A stretch of 64,000 nt of DNA from Mobula hypostoma (Eukaryota), in the NCBI RefSeq assembly GCF_963921235.1, contig NC_086108.1, positions 16,988,001-17,052,000 on the forward strand. Reading direction: 5' to 3'. The number at the start of each line of letters is the position of its first letter. Position 1 is the first letter of the stretch. A program made the position numbers and the translations under genes. Positions 1 through 12,169 of the stretch are shown here, piece after piece. Below the pieces are notes generated by a model that was given only the letters and a program-made list of their open reading frames with translations, had not been told where the DNA came from and did not search any database.

Positions 1-252
1 CGCCCAACAGTGAAAGGTGATATGACATAGCAAAGTGAGGTGTTGGTACTGGGTAGTAGTTCAAAGAATGTAAGTTCACTGCCTTCTGACAGCAGTTTTC
101 TTGCTTTTGAATCTGGTCCATACATCAGAGAACATGTTTCTGATGATTTGCAATTTATCAGAAGATTTAGAGATGAATGCAGCTTCATCTGCAAAGACCA
201 GATCCCAAAGACTGAGCTGAGTGGCATTTCTCCACTCTGAAATAGTTTATCA

Positions 253-546
253 TTGAAAAGGGGACATTGCCTCAAGATTCAGGGGAGAAGATTTAGGACG
301 AAGATGAGGAGAAACTGTTTTTCCAAGAGAGTGGCGAATCTGTGGCCAGGGAAGCAGTTGAGGCTTCTTCACTAAATATATTTAAGATACAGTTAGATAG
401 ATTTTTACATAGAAGGGGAATTAAGGGTTATGGGGAAAAGGCAGGTAGATGGAGCTGAGTTTACGGACAGATCAGCCGTGATCTTATTGAATGGCGGGGA
501 AGGCTCGATGGCCTACTCTTGCTCCTATTTCTTATGTTATTATGTT
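253..546 (+). mobile_element. CR1 LINE 3' end fragment (ORF2 C-terminus, 3' UTR, short-repeat tail)
   Basis: Similar to the CR1 3' ends at 4990-5240 and 59510-59795; ends in CTTATGTTATTATGTT. Confidence 0.75.
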
Positions 547-837
547 AATTAACAATTCAATTAGTATGGCATTGTGATTATTTGGAAAAACATATTTGAC
601 AATGGAAAAGATGCCAAGCTGGGTACTCACGAAGACAACATTAACAATGAGGTATCAGATGATGTTTTGTTTGGATTAAATAGTTGCCTTCTTTCCTTTA
701 TGGAACTCTGTGAAAAAGGATAGCACATTTTTGTGAACAGACAACTTTCAACAGGATCTATTAGATATTGTTTCTGTTAACATATTTGTAGGTCAACAAA
801 TGTAACATAGAGAGGAAAAAATTTTTTTGAAACTGAG

Positions 838-1700
838 CAAAAGAAAATGCTGGAAAAACTCAGTAGGTCATGCAACATTTGTGGAAGGAGAAACAATTAA
901 CTTTCAGAAAGAAGATTCTTCAACATAAAGAAAGTAAATTAGTCCAAGTGGTAAGGATGGTGGAGGAGGGTGATGAGTTGAACAAAGTGAAGGTCTGTAA
1001 TTGGGTGAAACGTTATAGCCATTGAAGGGACACCTTAGTGTAACAGTTGGGAAATCTGGATGATGTTGGGTCTGGCCTATTAGGATATGCCAAGCAAGCC
1101 AGAGTACACAAATGGAAGGAAAAGAGCATAAAACCTGAAGACATAGGATCAGAATTGGATCACTTGGCCCATTGAGTTTGCTCCACCAAGAGAGAAGAAA
1201 GTAGGGAAAAGTGGAGAGAGGCAAATAGCAAACACAAGTAACCAGTTCTGGTAGAAAGAGAAAGAAAGAGGAATTTGGTTGAGATTGGGCAATATGGTAT
1301 TGAGACCAACAAGCTGTGCTGTACTCAATCAAATAATGTGGTGTTGTTCCTCAAGCTTGCATGGAGTCTCATCGTAACAATACCTGAAGCAAAGAATAAG
1401 AAATCAGAGTGGGATGGTAAATTAAAAAGACAGGCAATTCTAAAGTCAGAGTCACTTTTGTAACTGAGCACAGGTGCTCCATAAAATGATCAGTTCATCT
1501 GTGTCTGGTTTATCTAATGCAGAGGAGGCTACATTACGAAGGCTAAATGCATTATAGCAGATTGAAAGTGATTTGCTGTCTTATCCAGAAAGATGGTATA
1601 GGTCTCTGGAAAGGAAGAAGTGAAGAAACTTACTTACTTCCTATTGCATGGGAAAGTGCTATACAATGGGAAGATGGAAAAGTGGACCAGGGAATCACAT
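838..1700 (-). mobile_element. Old degenerate Penelope-like element fragment (terminal repeat plus GIY-YIG region)
   Basis: AAATGCTGGAAAAACTCAGTAGGTCATGCAACAT resembles the reverse complement of the PLE end; 1300-1560 resembles the reverse complement of 52290-52580. Confidence 0.5.
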
Positions 1701-1789
1701 TAACATGATGCAAAGGTATTCTTACCCAAGGTCCAATCTTCACAATTCAGGTTCAGATGCAGTGGTTTCATATGGTGGAAATCTGAACC

Positions 1790-2268
1790 AACACAAACAA
1801 AGTGTTGAAGGAACTTAGCAAGTCAGGCAGCATCAATGGAGGAAATGAACTGTTGATGTTTCAGGTCAAGACCTCTCGTCAGGACTGGAAAAAAAGAGGG
1901 CAGAAGCCTGAGTGGGAGTGGTGGAGGACCATAAGCTGGTGGGTGATGGGTGAAAATAAGTGAGAGTAGGAAGGTGTGTGTGGGGGGGAGGTGCAGGGTA
2001 AGGGAATAATGTGAGAAGCTCAGAACAGGTAAGCAGAAGTGGCAAAGGATTTGAAGAAGAAGAAATCTCATATGGAATAAAGGGAATGAGGCAGGAAACC
2101 AGAAAAAGGAAGGTGTGGGTAATGAGTAGGGGAAGGAAGGGGGAAAGAGGCCAGAGGGATGAGGAAAAACAAAGGGGAGAGATGGAAACAGTGTTATGCA
2201 AGATAAAGAAATTGATGTTGGAGCTGTCAGGTCAGAGACTACCAAGAGTGTTGCTCCTCCAATCTGAG
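1790..2268 (-). mobile_element. Penelope-like element terminal-repeat fragment
   Basis: Reverse-complement similarity to 52520-53000, including a hammerhead-like motif at 1852-1886 and a purine-rich tract. Confidence 0.7.
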
Positions 2269-2445
2269 AGGAAGTCAGTCTCTGGAAATCTCTGCTCCTG
2301 AGAGTGGTGGAGACAGATGATTATTTGAAAGAGCAAGGAATTGAGCTTTTGGAGAACTAACACAGAAGATCAGCCTTGGTCATATTGAATGATAGGATGT
2401 TTGAGGGGCTTTGTGGCCGACTCATGCTCCTGTTTTCTTGTGTTC

Positions 2446-4082
2446 TAAAGTAAAGCTTGAGCATGTAGATATTAAGGAAGAGGTTGTCCTGGAGCTTTTG
2501 GAAAGTATCAAGTTGGATACATCACCGGGACCGGAGGAGATGTACCCCAGGCTACCGTGGGAGGTGAGGGAGGAGATTGCTGAGCCTCTAGCGATGATTT
2601 TTGCATCATCAATGGGGACGGGAGAGGCTCTGGAGGATTGGAGGGTTGTGGATATTGTTCCCTTATTCAAGAAAGGGAGCAGAGATAGCTCAGGAAATTA
2701 TAGACCAGTGAGTCTTACTTCAATGGTTGGTAAGTTGATGGAGAAGATACTGAGAGGCAGGATTTATGAACATTTGGAGAGGCATAATATGATTAGGAAT
2801 AGTCAGCATGGCTTTGTCAAAGGCAGGTGGTGCCTTATGAGCCTAAATGAATTTTTTGAGAATGTGATTAAACACATTGATGAATATAGAGCAGTAGATG
2901 TAGTGTATATGGATTTCAGCAAGGCATTTGATAAGGGACCCCATGCAAGGCTTATTGAGAAAGTAAGGAGGCATGGGATCCAAGAGGACATTGCTTTGTG
3001 GATCCAGAAGTGGCTTGCCTACAGAAGGCAAAGAGTGGTTGTAGATGGATCATATTCTGTCTGGAGGTCGGTGACCAGTGTTGTGCCTCAGAGATCTGTC
3101 CTGGGGCCCCTACTCTTTGAGGTTTTTATAAATGACCTGGATGAGGAAGTGGAGGGATGGGTTAGTAAATTTGCTGATGACACAAATGTTGGAGGTGTTG
3201 TGGATAGTGTGGAGGTCTGTCAGAGGTTACAGCGGGAGATTGATAGGATGCAAAACTGGGCTGAGAAGTGGCAGATGGAGTTCAACCCAGATAAGTGAGG
3301 CGGTTCATTTTGGTAGGTCAAATATGATGGCAGAATATAGTATTAATGGTAAGACTCTTGGCGGTGTGGAGGATCAGAGGAATCTTGGGGTCTGAGTCCA
3401 TAGAACACTCAAAGTGCAGCGCAGGTTGACTCTGTGGTTAAGAAGGCGTACGGTGCATTGGCCTTCATCGATTGTGGGATTGAGTTTAGGAGCTGAGAGG
3501 TAATGTTGCAGCTATATAGGACCCTGGTCAGGCCCCACGTGGAGTACTGTGCTCAGTTCTGGTCGCCTCACTACAGGAAGGATGTGGAAACCATAGAAAG
3601 GATGCAAAGAAGATTTACAAGGATGTTGCCTGGATTGGGGAGCATGCCTTGTGAGAATAGGTTGAGTGAACTCAGCCTTTTCTCCTTGGAGCGATGGAGG
3701 ATGAGAGGTGACCTGATGGAGGTGTATAAGGTGATAAGAGGTATTGATTGTGTGGATAGTCAGAGGCTTATTCCCAGGGCTGAAATTGTTAGCACTAGAG
3801 GGCACAATTTTAAGTTGCTTGGAAGTAGGTACAGAGGAGATATCAGGGGTAAGTTTTTTTTATGCATAGAGTGGTGAGTGCGTGGAATGGGCTGCCGTTG
3901 ATGGTGGTGGAGGCGGATGTGATAGGGTCTTTTAAGAGACTCTTGGATAGGTACATGGAGCTTAGAAAAACAGAGGGCTATGGGTAACCCTAGGTAATTT
4001 CTAAGGTAAGGACATGTTCAGTACAGCTTTGTGGGCCGAAGGGCCTGTATTGTGCTGTAGGTTTTCTATGTTTCTATGTTTT
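2446..4082 (+). mobile_element. 5'-truncated CR1 LINE; ORF2 reverse transcriptase with stops and frameshifts
   Basis: ORF 2411-3298 has GNYRPVSLTS, YMDFSKAFDK, SKFADDT; ORF 3503-3877 has LYRTLVRPHVEYC; tail TTCTATGTTTCTATG. Confidence 0.93.
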
Positions 4083-4659
4083 TAAATGCACACTCTTGAT
4101 CTTTGTCTGCAACATCCCCAGCTTACTCTGCCTCAAAGGTTTCATGGACCACAATTCCACCTGCTGCATTCGCTGCTACAACAGATGACTGTCTTTCCTT
4201 CTTTTTAGATGCCAAAGATCACAAACTTCAATAGCTTTTGGATACTAACACCTATATTGACCTTTCTTCCTCCTCTGCTTTCCTATGACCTATCTCTGCT
4301 CACCGGTTCCATCCATTGCCATGTTTTCACTATCCCCTCTGACATCAAATGAGTGATCCACAGCAGGAGTCCGTAACTCCCTGATCTGCATCTTCTTGCC
4401 TATCTACTACTTCCATCTGTCCTGCTTAATCCACAGGGCTGAATCTGAGGGTCCATTTGCCTTCTGCTTTACTTCAGCATCTCACCCTGTTTAACCTCTC
4501 ATTTTATGGCTCCTAACACTGTTACAGTGAGGCACAAAATAAGCAGCACGCCATTCTTACAAGCACCCTAATGATCATAATGTACAGACGTTCCTTTGTA
4601 GTTACTGCTGTTTCTTGTCTGCATTATTTATTTTTAAGTTATTTCTTTATAAGGTTAAC

Positions 4660-5241
4660 TTATAGGTTGAGTTGGTGGTGAAGAAGGCAAATACAATTTT
4701 AGCAAGGCTGAGGCTCTATAAGGCATTGGTCAGACCACACTTGGAGTATTGTAAGCAATTTTAGCCCCTTGTCTAAGAAAAGGTGCTAGCATTGGAGAAG
4801 GCACAGAGGAAGTTCATGAGAATGATTCTAGGAATGAAAGTGTTAACATATGAGGAGTGTTTGATGGCTCTGGGCCTGTACCTGCTGGAGTTTAGAAGAG
4901 TGACAGTATAAATACTGAAAGGCCTACACTGTGTGGATGTGGAGAGGATGTTTGCTGTAGCAGGGGAGTCTAAGAATAAAGGGACGTACGTTTAGAACAG
5001 AGATGAGAAAGAATTTCTTTAGCCAGAGAGTAGTGAATTGCCACAGATGGCTGTGGAGGCATATTGGGTATATTTAAAGCAGAGGTTGATAGGTTCTTGA
5101 TTAGTCAGAACGTCAAAGGTTATGGGGAAAAGGCAGGAGAATGAGTTTGTGAGGGGTAATAAATCAGCCATGACGGAATGACAGAGGAGACTCGATGGAC
5201 CGAGTGGCCTAATTCTACTCTTATGTTTTATGGTCTTATGA
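4660..5241 (+). mobile_element. CR1 LINE 3' fragment
   Basis: Degenerate ALVRPHLEYC-coding DNA, CR1 3' UTR and TTATG-type tail. Confidence 0.8.
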
Positions 5242-5704
5242 TGTAAGATAATGGGGTATGTAGCTTCTAGTCCTGCAAACAGAGAAGGGAATATGAATGG
5301 TGACATGCAAGCCTTCTTCCTTCTGATTGTAGAAGCTCTGGAAGTGGTTGATTGGTACCCAAAGCTTTGATAGTTTTTTTCTACACCTTGGGTGATGTTT
5401 TAAACAATTGGAAGCTGCTAAATGATATTGAATCTCATTCTGTAATATTCTTTCACCCACAAACATCCTGAGGTGGCTGCTTAAAGTGTGAAGAAAGTAG
5501 TTTGATCTTCCATGGAAACTGAAATGCAATGATAGTTGTGAATATAGACACTTGTTTGTGTTGACCTCTTAATATTGACTTCACCACCTTTGGTACTTCC
5601 ACATCATATATTTTGAAGGACTCCTGCTTCCCTTTAAGCAAAATCATGTTCAAATAATAATATAATAGATAATTTAATCTATTAATCATGTTTCAGTAAT
5701 TAGT

Positions 5705-6875
5705 GCAGTTTTTGAGGAAGTATCTAAGAAGATTGAAGGCAGGGTGGTAGATGTTATACTTAGATACCCCAGTAAGGTATATAACAAGGTATCACATGAT
5801 AGGCTGGTCAAAAATGTTAAGACATACGAAATCCAAGGCAATTTAGCGAATTGGATCCAATATTGGCTTGGTGATAAGAGGCAGAGGTAAAGTGGAAAGT
5901 TCCTTTTCTGATTTAAAGTCTGTAATCAGGGCTGAAGCATAATAATTGATGCTCAGACCTTTGTTTGTGATATAGATGAAAGACTTGGAGGTGAATGTAG
6001 GAGATAAGATTTGTAGGTTGGTTGTCGACACAAACATTGGTAGTGTGCTGGATAGTAAGGAGAGTTGTTTAAGGCTACAGTGGCAGAAAGATCAGATGAA
6101 AAGTTGCAATGAGTATTGGCAGATGAATATATCTTTATATGTATGAGGTGATGCATTTTGGGAAATCAAATAGGGACAGGACATATACATTAAATGGCAT
6201 GGCACTAAGGAATATTGATGAATGGAGAGAGACATTGGGGTTCAAGTACATAGTTCCATGAAAGTAGCAGCACAGGTAGATACAGTGTTAAAGAAGGTAA
6301 TAAGTCAGACCATAGAATATAAAAGTTGGGATGTTATGTTGTCAAATACTTGTTAGGCTGAACTTGGAGTATTATTTATAGTTCTGACTGCCACACTGTA
6401 GGAAGGATATGATTGTGCTGGAGAGAGTACAGGTGAGATTCATTGGGATGTTGCCCAGTTTGAAGCACATAGGTTATGTGGAAACAGTGAATAGGCAGGG
6501 CTTGTTTTTCCTGGAGTGAAGGAGGTCGAGCGGTAACCAGATAGAGGTAAATAAAATTAAGAGAGCAATAGATAAGAGTAGATAGAATATTTTTCCCCAT
6601 ATTTAAAAAGCAAGAGGGCATAGGTTAGAGGTGAGAGGAAGGGGTGCTAAAGGGGATTTGAGGGAAAAGTATTTTACAGAGAAGGTGTTTGATAACTGGA
6701 ATGCACTACCGGTAATACTGGTGGCATCAGATACAATCACTGTGTTTAAGAGACATTTAGGCAATAAATAAAAGGATATGGATTTAATACAGGCAAATGG
6801 GGTTAGTATGGATGGGAAAAATAGATGGACCTGGTGGAATGAAGGGCCTGATTCTATACTGCACAACATTGTGTT
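5705..6875 (+). mobile_element. Highly degenerate CR1 LINE (RT to 3' UTR)
   Basis: Collinear similarity to the CR1 copy at 10050-11280. Confidence 0.75.
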
Positions 6876-6961
6876 TCGAAGTCTCTTCTCGTTAGTCTCA
6901 TTCCATTCCCCGCTCTTATTATTTCCTTAAAATATATATCAAATTGCTAACTGAAGCGACT

Positions 6962-7603
6962 ATTAAATCTGCATTCATCACTGTCTGGGGTGATGAGGTC
7001 CTCTCCACCTCCTGCAAAAAGCACATTTGTTCATGGAAACATGAAAGTTGAGAGGTGACTGGCACAACTGGCATTTATTATGCACTGCATGGAAGTGACA
7101 AGGCTGTTGAAAGACAACCACGTGTATGGAGTCGTGTATAGGGCAGACTAATTAAATGGCATATTTTGGTACGGATATTTGCATTTTAACAGCAAACTGA
7201 CACTTTGTGATGTACCCCCAGTAATACAGTACACCCTTTATTCCAGTGTCATATAGTGTTGGATTTCTACACAGTTACTCTTCCCCTTTATCATATTTAC
7301 AGTACTCTGGCCAACTTATACTGTGACAGACCTGTTCACACCATTATTCAGTAATACGCCTTGTCCATGATTGGTGTGCTCTGATGTAAAGAGACAGCTC
7401 CTTTCTAGCTATTACTGCACCCGTGATAGAGTGACTGGTGTGAACCCAGTGTACTCCAGTGTAAATACACACAGAGACATGGAGCAACTCCCTGAATTAC
7501 ACTCTAAATTACGAAGGTCTCTCACCTTCCACATTTCCCTGAACAACTGCACTTTTTGCAGGAGGTGCAGAGGACCCCAGTGCTGATCGAATGCAGATTT
7601 AAT
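6962..7603. repeat. Degenerate inverted-repeat pair (arms 6962-7054 and 7519-7603)
   Basis: ATTAAATCTGCATTC...CCTCTCCACCTCCTGCAAAAAG...GAGAG matches the reverse complement of 7519-7603. Confidence 0.75.
7200..7480 (+). repeat. Patch of ancient ~43-bp tandem repeat
   Basis: CCAGTGTCATATAGTG, TTATACTGTGACAGACCTGT and TGTACTCCAGTGTAAATACA resemble the 28-30 kb repeat. Confidence 0.55.
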
Positions 7604-7734
7604 TGTCTATGTGCATAATGAACGTAATCTACTGCGCATCTTTCCAAGTAAAATACAGAAATCAGCTTTAAGCAACACACATCAAAGTTGCTGGTGAACG
7701 CAGCAGGCCAGGCAGCATCTATAGGAAGAGGTGC

Positions 7735-7770
7735 AGTCGACGTTTCAGGCCGAGACCCTTCGTCAGGACT
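7735..7770 (-). ncRNA. Minimal type I hammerhead ribozyme motif (PLE-associated)
   Basis: Minus strand reads AGTC-CTGACGA-AGGgtctcggCCT-GAAA-CG-TC-GACT: helix I, CUGANGA core, helix II, GAAA, vestigial helix III, GUC site. Confidence 0.75.
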
Positions 7771-7940
7771 AACTGAAGGAAGAGTGAGTAAGGGATTTGA
7801 AAGCTGGAGGGGGAGGGGGAGATGCAAAATGATAGGAGAAGACAGGAGGGGGAGGGATGGAGCCAAGAGCTGGACATATCATTTTGCATCTCCCCCTCCC
7901 CCTCCAGCTTTCAAATCCCTTACTCACTCTTCCTTCAGTT

Positions 7941-7976
7941 AGTCCTGACGAAGGGTCTCGGCCTGAAATGTCGACT
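7941..7976 (+). ncRNA. Minimal type I hammerhead ribozyme motif, GAAAC>GAAAT variant
   Basis: AGTC-CTGACGA-AGGgtctcggCCT-GAAA-TG-TC-GACT. Confidence 0.65.
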
Positions 7977-9165
7977 GCACCTCTTCCTATAGATGCTGCC
8001 TGGCCTGCTGCGTTCACCAGCAACTTTGATGTGTGTTGCTTGAATTTCCAGCATCTGCAGAATTCCTGTTGTTTGCGTTGAAATCAGCTTTAATATCTTT
8101 TTGACTTCACAAAACCTTTTAACTCCACCAGTTGACTGGGACTGTGAAACATTCTTCTGAAATTCAGTTGCCTGCTGAAATTGAAGGCCTGGTTGTCAGG
8201 AATGCAATTAGTGGGTCCACAGCAGACCCAATTTCAGTACACACTAGTGTCAAGTGTTGTGCTATTGCTCCAACTCTCCCCAATCTTTTGTGCACCTGAC
8301 CCCATCAGTACTGTTTACCAATGGAAAAGTGACAGATTGGTCAACACTGGTGCTATTATTTAGACAGACAGATATATAGATACTTTATTGATCCCAAAGG
8401 AAATTACAGTGTCACAGTAGCATTACAAGTGCACAGATATACAAATATACAAATATTAGAAGAGAAGTAAGAAAGGATAAAACATAAGCTACCACAAACA
8501 GTCTAACAGGAGGGGGTTATTACTTCCCTGGCTATAGGTTGACTCATTATGGAGCCTAATGGCTGAGAGTAAGAATGAACTCATATAGCGGTCTTTGGAG
8601 CATCACAGTTGTCCTAGTCTATTACTAAAAGTGTTCCTCTGTTCATCCAAGGTGGCATGCAGAGGGTGAGAAACACTGTCCAGCATTGCCAGGATTTTCT
8701 ATAAGGTCCTTTGATCTACCACAGCCTCCAGTGTGTTCAGTTTGACTCCTATATCAGAGCCAGCCTTTTAAATCAGTTTATTGAGCCTGTTGGCATCACT
8801 CGTGTTGATGCCATATCCCCAGCACACCAGCACATAGAAGATTGTACTAGTGACAACAGACTGGTAGAACATATGAAGGAGAGGCCTGCATACACCAAAG
8901 GACCTCAGTCTCTTCAGGAAGTAGAGGCGACACTGGTCCTTCTTGTTGGTCCTCTGTGTTGGTGCTCCACTCAGGTCTGTCATCCAAGTGCACCTCCAGG
9001 CCCTTGTAGGTCCTCATCACATCCATGTCCTCACCATCAATAGTAACAGGGAGCAGTGCAGACTTAGTCATCCTAAAGTCCATTACCATCTCCTTTGTCT
9101 TACTGATGCTGAGCTGCAGATGATTCAGCTTACACCATCTGAGAAAATCCTCCACCAGACCTTGT

Positions 9166-9553
9166 AATAGAACATAGAACATAGAATAGTACAGCACAGT
9201 ACAGGCCTTTCGGCCCACAATGTTGTGCTGACCCTCAAACCCTGCCTCCCATATAACCCCCCACCTTAAATTCCTCCATATACCTGTCTAGTAGTCTCTT
9301 AAACTTCACGAGTGTATCTGCCTCCACCACTGACTCAGGCAGTGCATTCCATGCACCGACCACTCTCTGAGTAAAAAAACCTTCCTCTAATATCCCCCTT
9401 GAACTTCCCACCCCTTACCTTAAAGCCCTGTCCTCTTGTATTGAACAGTGGTGCCCTGGGGAAGAGGCACTGGCTATCCACTCTATCTATTCCTCTTAAT
9501 ATCTTGTACACCTCTATCATGTCTCCTCTCATCCTCCTTCTCTCCAAAGAGTA
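9166..9553 (-). mobile_element. Short CR1 3' end inserted in the Rex1-type LINE
   Basis: SLERRRMRGDMIEVYKILRGIDRVD; tail read on + strand as ATAGAACATAGAACATAGAA. Confidence 0.88.
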
Positions 9554-9769
9554 TCCTTCTGTCCTCCCTTTACACACCCAAGAATTGCTGAGTCATCAGA
9601 GAATTTCTCTGTGTTGCATCTAAAATTCGAGGTATATAGGGTAAACCGAAAGAGAGCCAATCCAGCCCCCTGTGGGGCCACAGTGCTGCTTATAGCCATG
9701 TCTGACACACAGCTCTGAAGCCACACAAACTATGGTCTGCCAGTCATTATCCAGGATACAATGGAAGTA

Positions 9770-11280
9770 GGTTGACTATAGGGCTCTGACAGAAATATTT
9801 CAAATGTCATTAGAAACGGGGATGGTGCCGGAGGATTGGCGTATTGCTCATGTGGTTCCAATTGTTTAAAAAAGGGTTCTAAGAGTAAACCTAGCAATTA
9901 TCGGCCTGTGAGTTTAACGTCAGTGGTGGGTAAATTGATGGAAAATATTCTTAGAGATGATATATATAATTATCTGGATAGACAGGGTCTGATAGGAACA
10001 ATCAACATGGATTTGTGCGTGGAAGATCATGTTTGACAAACCTTATTGAATTTTTTGATGAGGTTACTAAGAAAGTTGATGAGGGTAAAGCAGTGGATGT
10101 TGTCTATATGGACTTCAGTAAGGCCTTTGACAAGGTTCCACATGGAAGGTTAGTTAGGAAGGTTCAGTCGTTAGGCATTAATATCGAAGTCGTAAAATGG
10201 ATTCAGCAGTGGCTAGATGGGAGATGCCAGAGAGTAGTGGTGGATAACTGTGTATCAGATTGGAGGACGGTGTGTAGCGGTGTGCCTCAGGGATCTGTAC
10301 TGGGTCCAATGTTGTTTGTCATATATATTAATGATCTGGATGATGGAGTGGTAAATTGCATTGGTAAGTAAGCAGATGATACTAAGATAGGTGGCATTGT
10401 GGATAATGAAGTAGGTTTTCAAAGCTTGCAGAGAGATTTAGGTCAGTTAGAAGAGTGGGCTGAAAGATGGCAGATGGAGTTTAATGCTGAAAAATGTGAG
10501 GTGCTACATTTTGGTAGGACTAATCAAAATAGGACATACATGGTAAATGGTAGGGCATTGAAGAATGCAGTAGAACAGAGGGATCTAGGAATAATGGTGC
10601 ATAGTTCCCTGAAGGTGGAATCTCATGTGGATAGGATGGTGAAGAAAGCTTTTGGTATGCTGGCCTTTATAAATCAGAGCACTGAGTATAGGAGTTGGGA
10701 TGTAATGTTGAAATTGTATAAGGCATTGGTAAGGCCAAATTTGGAGTATTGTGTACAGTTCTGGTCACCGAATTATAAGAAAGGTGTCAATAAAATTGAG
10801 AGAGTACAGAGGAGGTTTACTAAAATGTTGCCTGGGTTTCATCTCCTAAGTTACAGAGAAAGGTTCAACAAGTTAGGTCTTTATTCTTTGGAGCGTAGAA
10901 GGTTGAGGGGGGACTTGATAGAGGTGTTTAAAATTATGAGGGGGATTGATAGAGTTGACGTGGATAGGGTTTTTCCATTGAGAATAGGGGAGATTCAAAC
11001 AAGAGGACATGAGTTGAGAGTTAAAGGGCAAAAGTTTAGGGGTAATACGAGGGGGAACTTCTTTACTCAGAGAGTGGTAGCTGTGTGGAACGAGCTTCTA
11101 GCAGAAATGGTTGAGACAGGTTCGACGTTGTCGTTTAAAGATAAATTGGATAGATATATGGACAGGAAAGGAATGGAGGGTTATGGGCTGAGTGCAGGTC
11201 AGTGGGACTAGGTGAGAGTAAGAGTTTGGCACGGACTAGAAAGGCCGAGATTGCCTGTTTGCATGCTGTAATTGTTATAT
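9770..11280 (+). mobile_element. 5'-truncated CR1 LINE with RT and ORF2 C-terminus
   Basis: ORFs 9836-10036, 10015-10371 (YMDFSKAFDKVPH, GVPQGSVLGP) and 10399-11211; in-frame stop at the YADD tyrosine codon; possible TSD ATGGAAGT at 9761-9768 and 11279-11286. Confidence 0.93.
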
Positions 11281-12169
11281 GGAAGTGCTAACCTACATTG
11301 AGTGGAGTTTCCCCCCAGCAGTGAGGGCTGTATAGTATTGAAGGCACTGACATCAAAAAACATGATCCCGCAGTGCTGCCCTGCTTATCCAAATGGGAGT
11401 AATCTCTGGTCGGCAGGTAGATTACAATATCATCAACTCCAGTATGCTCTTGGAGGCAAACTGGAGGGGATCAAGATCTGATCTGACCAGGGGTCAGAGG
11501 TGAGCCAGGACCAGCCTCTCTAGGGTCTTCATGATGTGTGAGGGCCACTGGACGGTAGTCATTCAAGATTTTTGGTTGGCCCTTTTTGGGTGCTGAGACC
11601 ACACATGATGCTTTCCAGGCTGAGACTTAGACTGAGAACTCCACACGGCTGCTCAGAACACTCCTTCAGGACCTTGGGGTTCAGTGAAGGTGAGTCCATG
11701 ATGACTGGGGAGTTGATGGAAGGTGGGGGTTGGGAGAGGTGAAGATAGCAGTTTGTATGTGGAGATGTGGATGGTAGGTGCAGGGAAGGAAAAGGATGTA
11801 GGCAGTGGGAGCCTGTATTGTTCATCTACATGTTAAACTGGAAGGGTGAGGAGGGAGGAGGGGAGGCATTGGTACTGAGGGAGCTTTGGGTGCCTCAGCA
11901 GCTGGACTGGTGTGCTGAGGGGATTGTGAACAGGAGGGCAATTGTCAAAGCTAATTAGCCCATTCACAGCTGCATTTCAAGGCTGTACTTCTGGGCATTG
12001 AAGTCAGTGATGTTCTTCATGCTTCTCCATACCTCCTGTGTGCTACTCTGCCCAAGCTTCTTCTCCAGCTCTCTCCTGTATTCCTATTTAGCCACCTTGA
12101 TCTTCTCCTTCAGCTCCCTCCGCACGTTTCCATTCCTCCCTGTCTCCTCATCTAAAAGCTCTCTTTAAG

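Larger units (their letters stand above)
7670..8079. mobile_element. Penelope-like inverted terminal-repeat (hairpin) insertion with 14-bp TSD
   Basis: 165-bp arms 7670-7834 and 7877-8041 (one mismatch seen); unpaired extension 8042-8079; GAAATCAGCTTTAA at 7658-7671 and 8080-8093. Confidence 0.92.
8361..12165 (-). mobile_element. Rex1/Babar-type LINE remnant split by two CR1 insertions (pieces ~8361-9165, 9554-9768, 11283-12165)
   Basis: Minus-strand peptides LYFLKRLRSFGVCRPLLHMFYQSVV, WCKLNHLQLSISKTKEMVMDFR, APQGAGL...KFSDDSAI; (TCTA/TCTG)n tail. Confidence 0.85.

Noticed and set aside
40..240. 66-aa ORF and other short ORFs in unique-looking DNA (e.g. 33128-33316, 36328-36588, 48133-48402)
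   Set aside because: No recognisable domain or convincing splice-site pair; lengths are compatible with chance
7522..8081. Paired near-identical ORFs on opposite strands
   Set aside because: A by-product of the inverted PLE terminal repeat; the same peptides recur at 52577-53038 and 59109-59408
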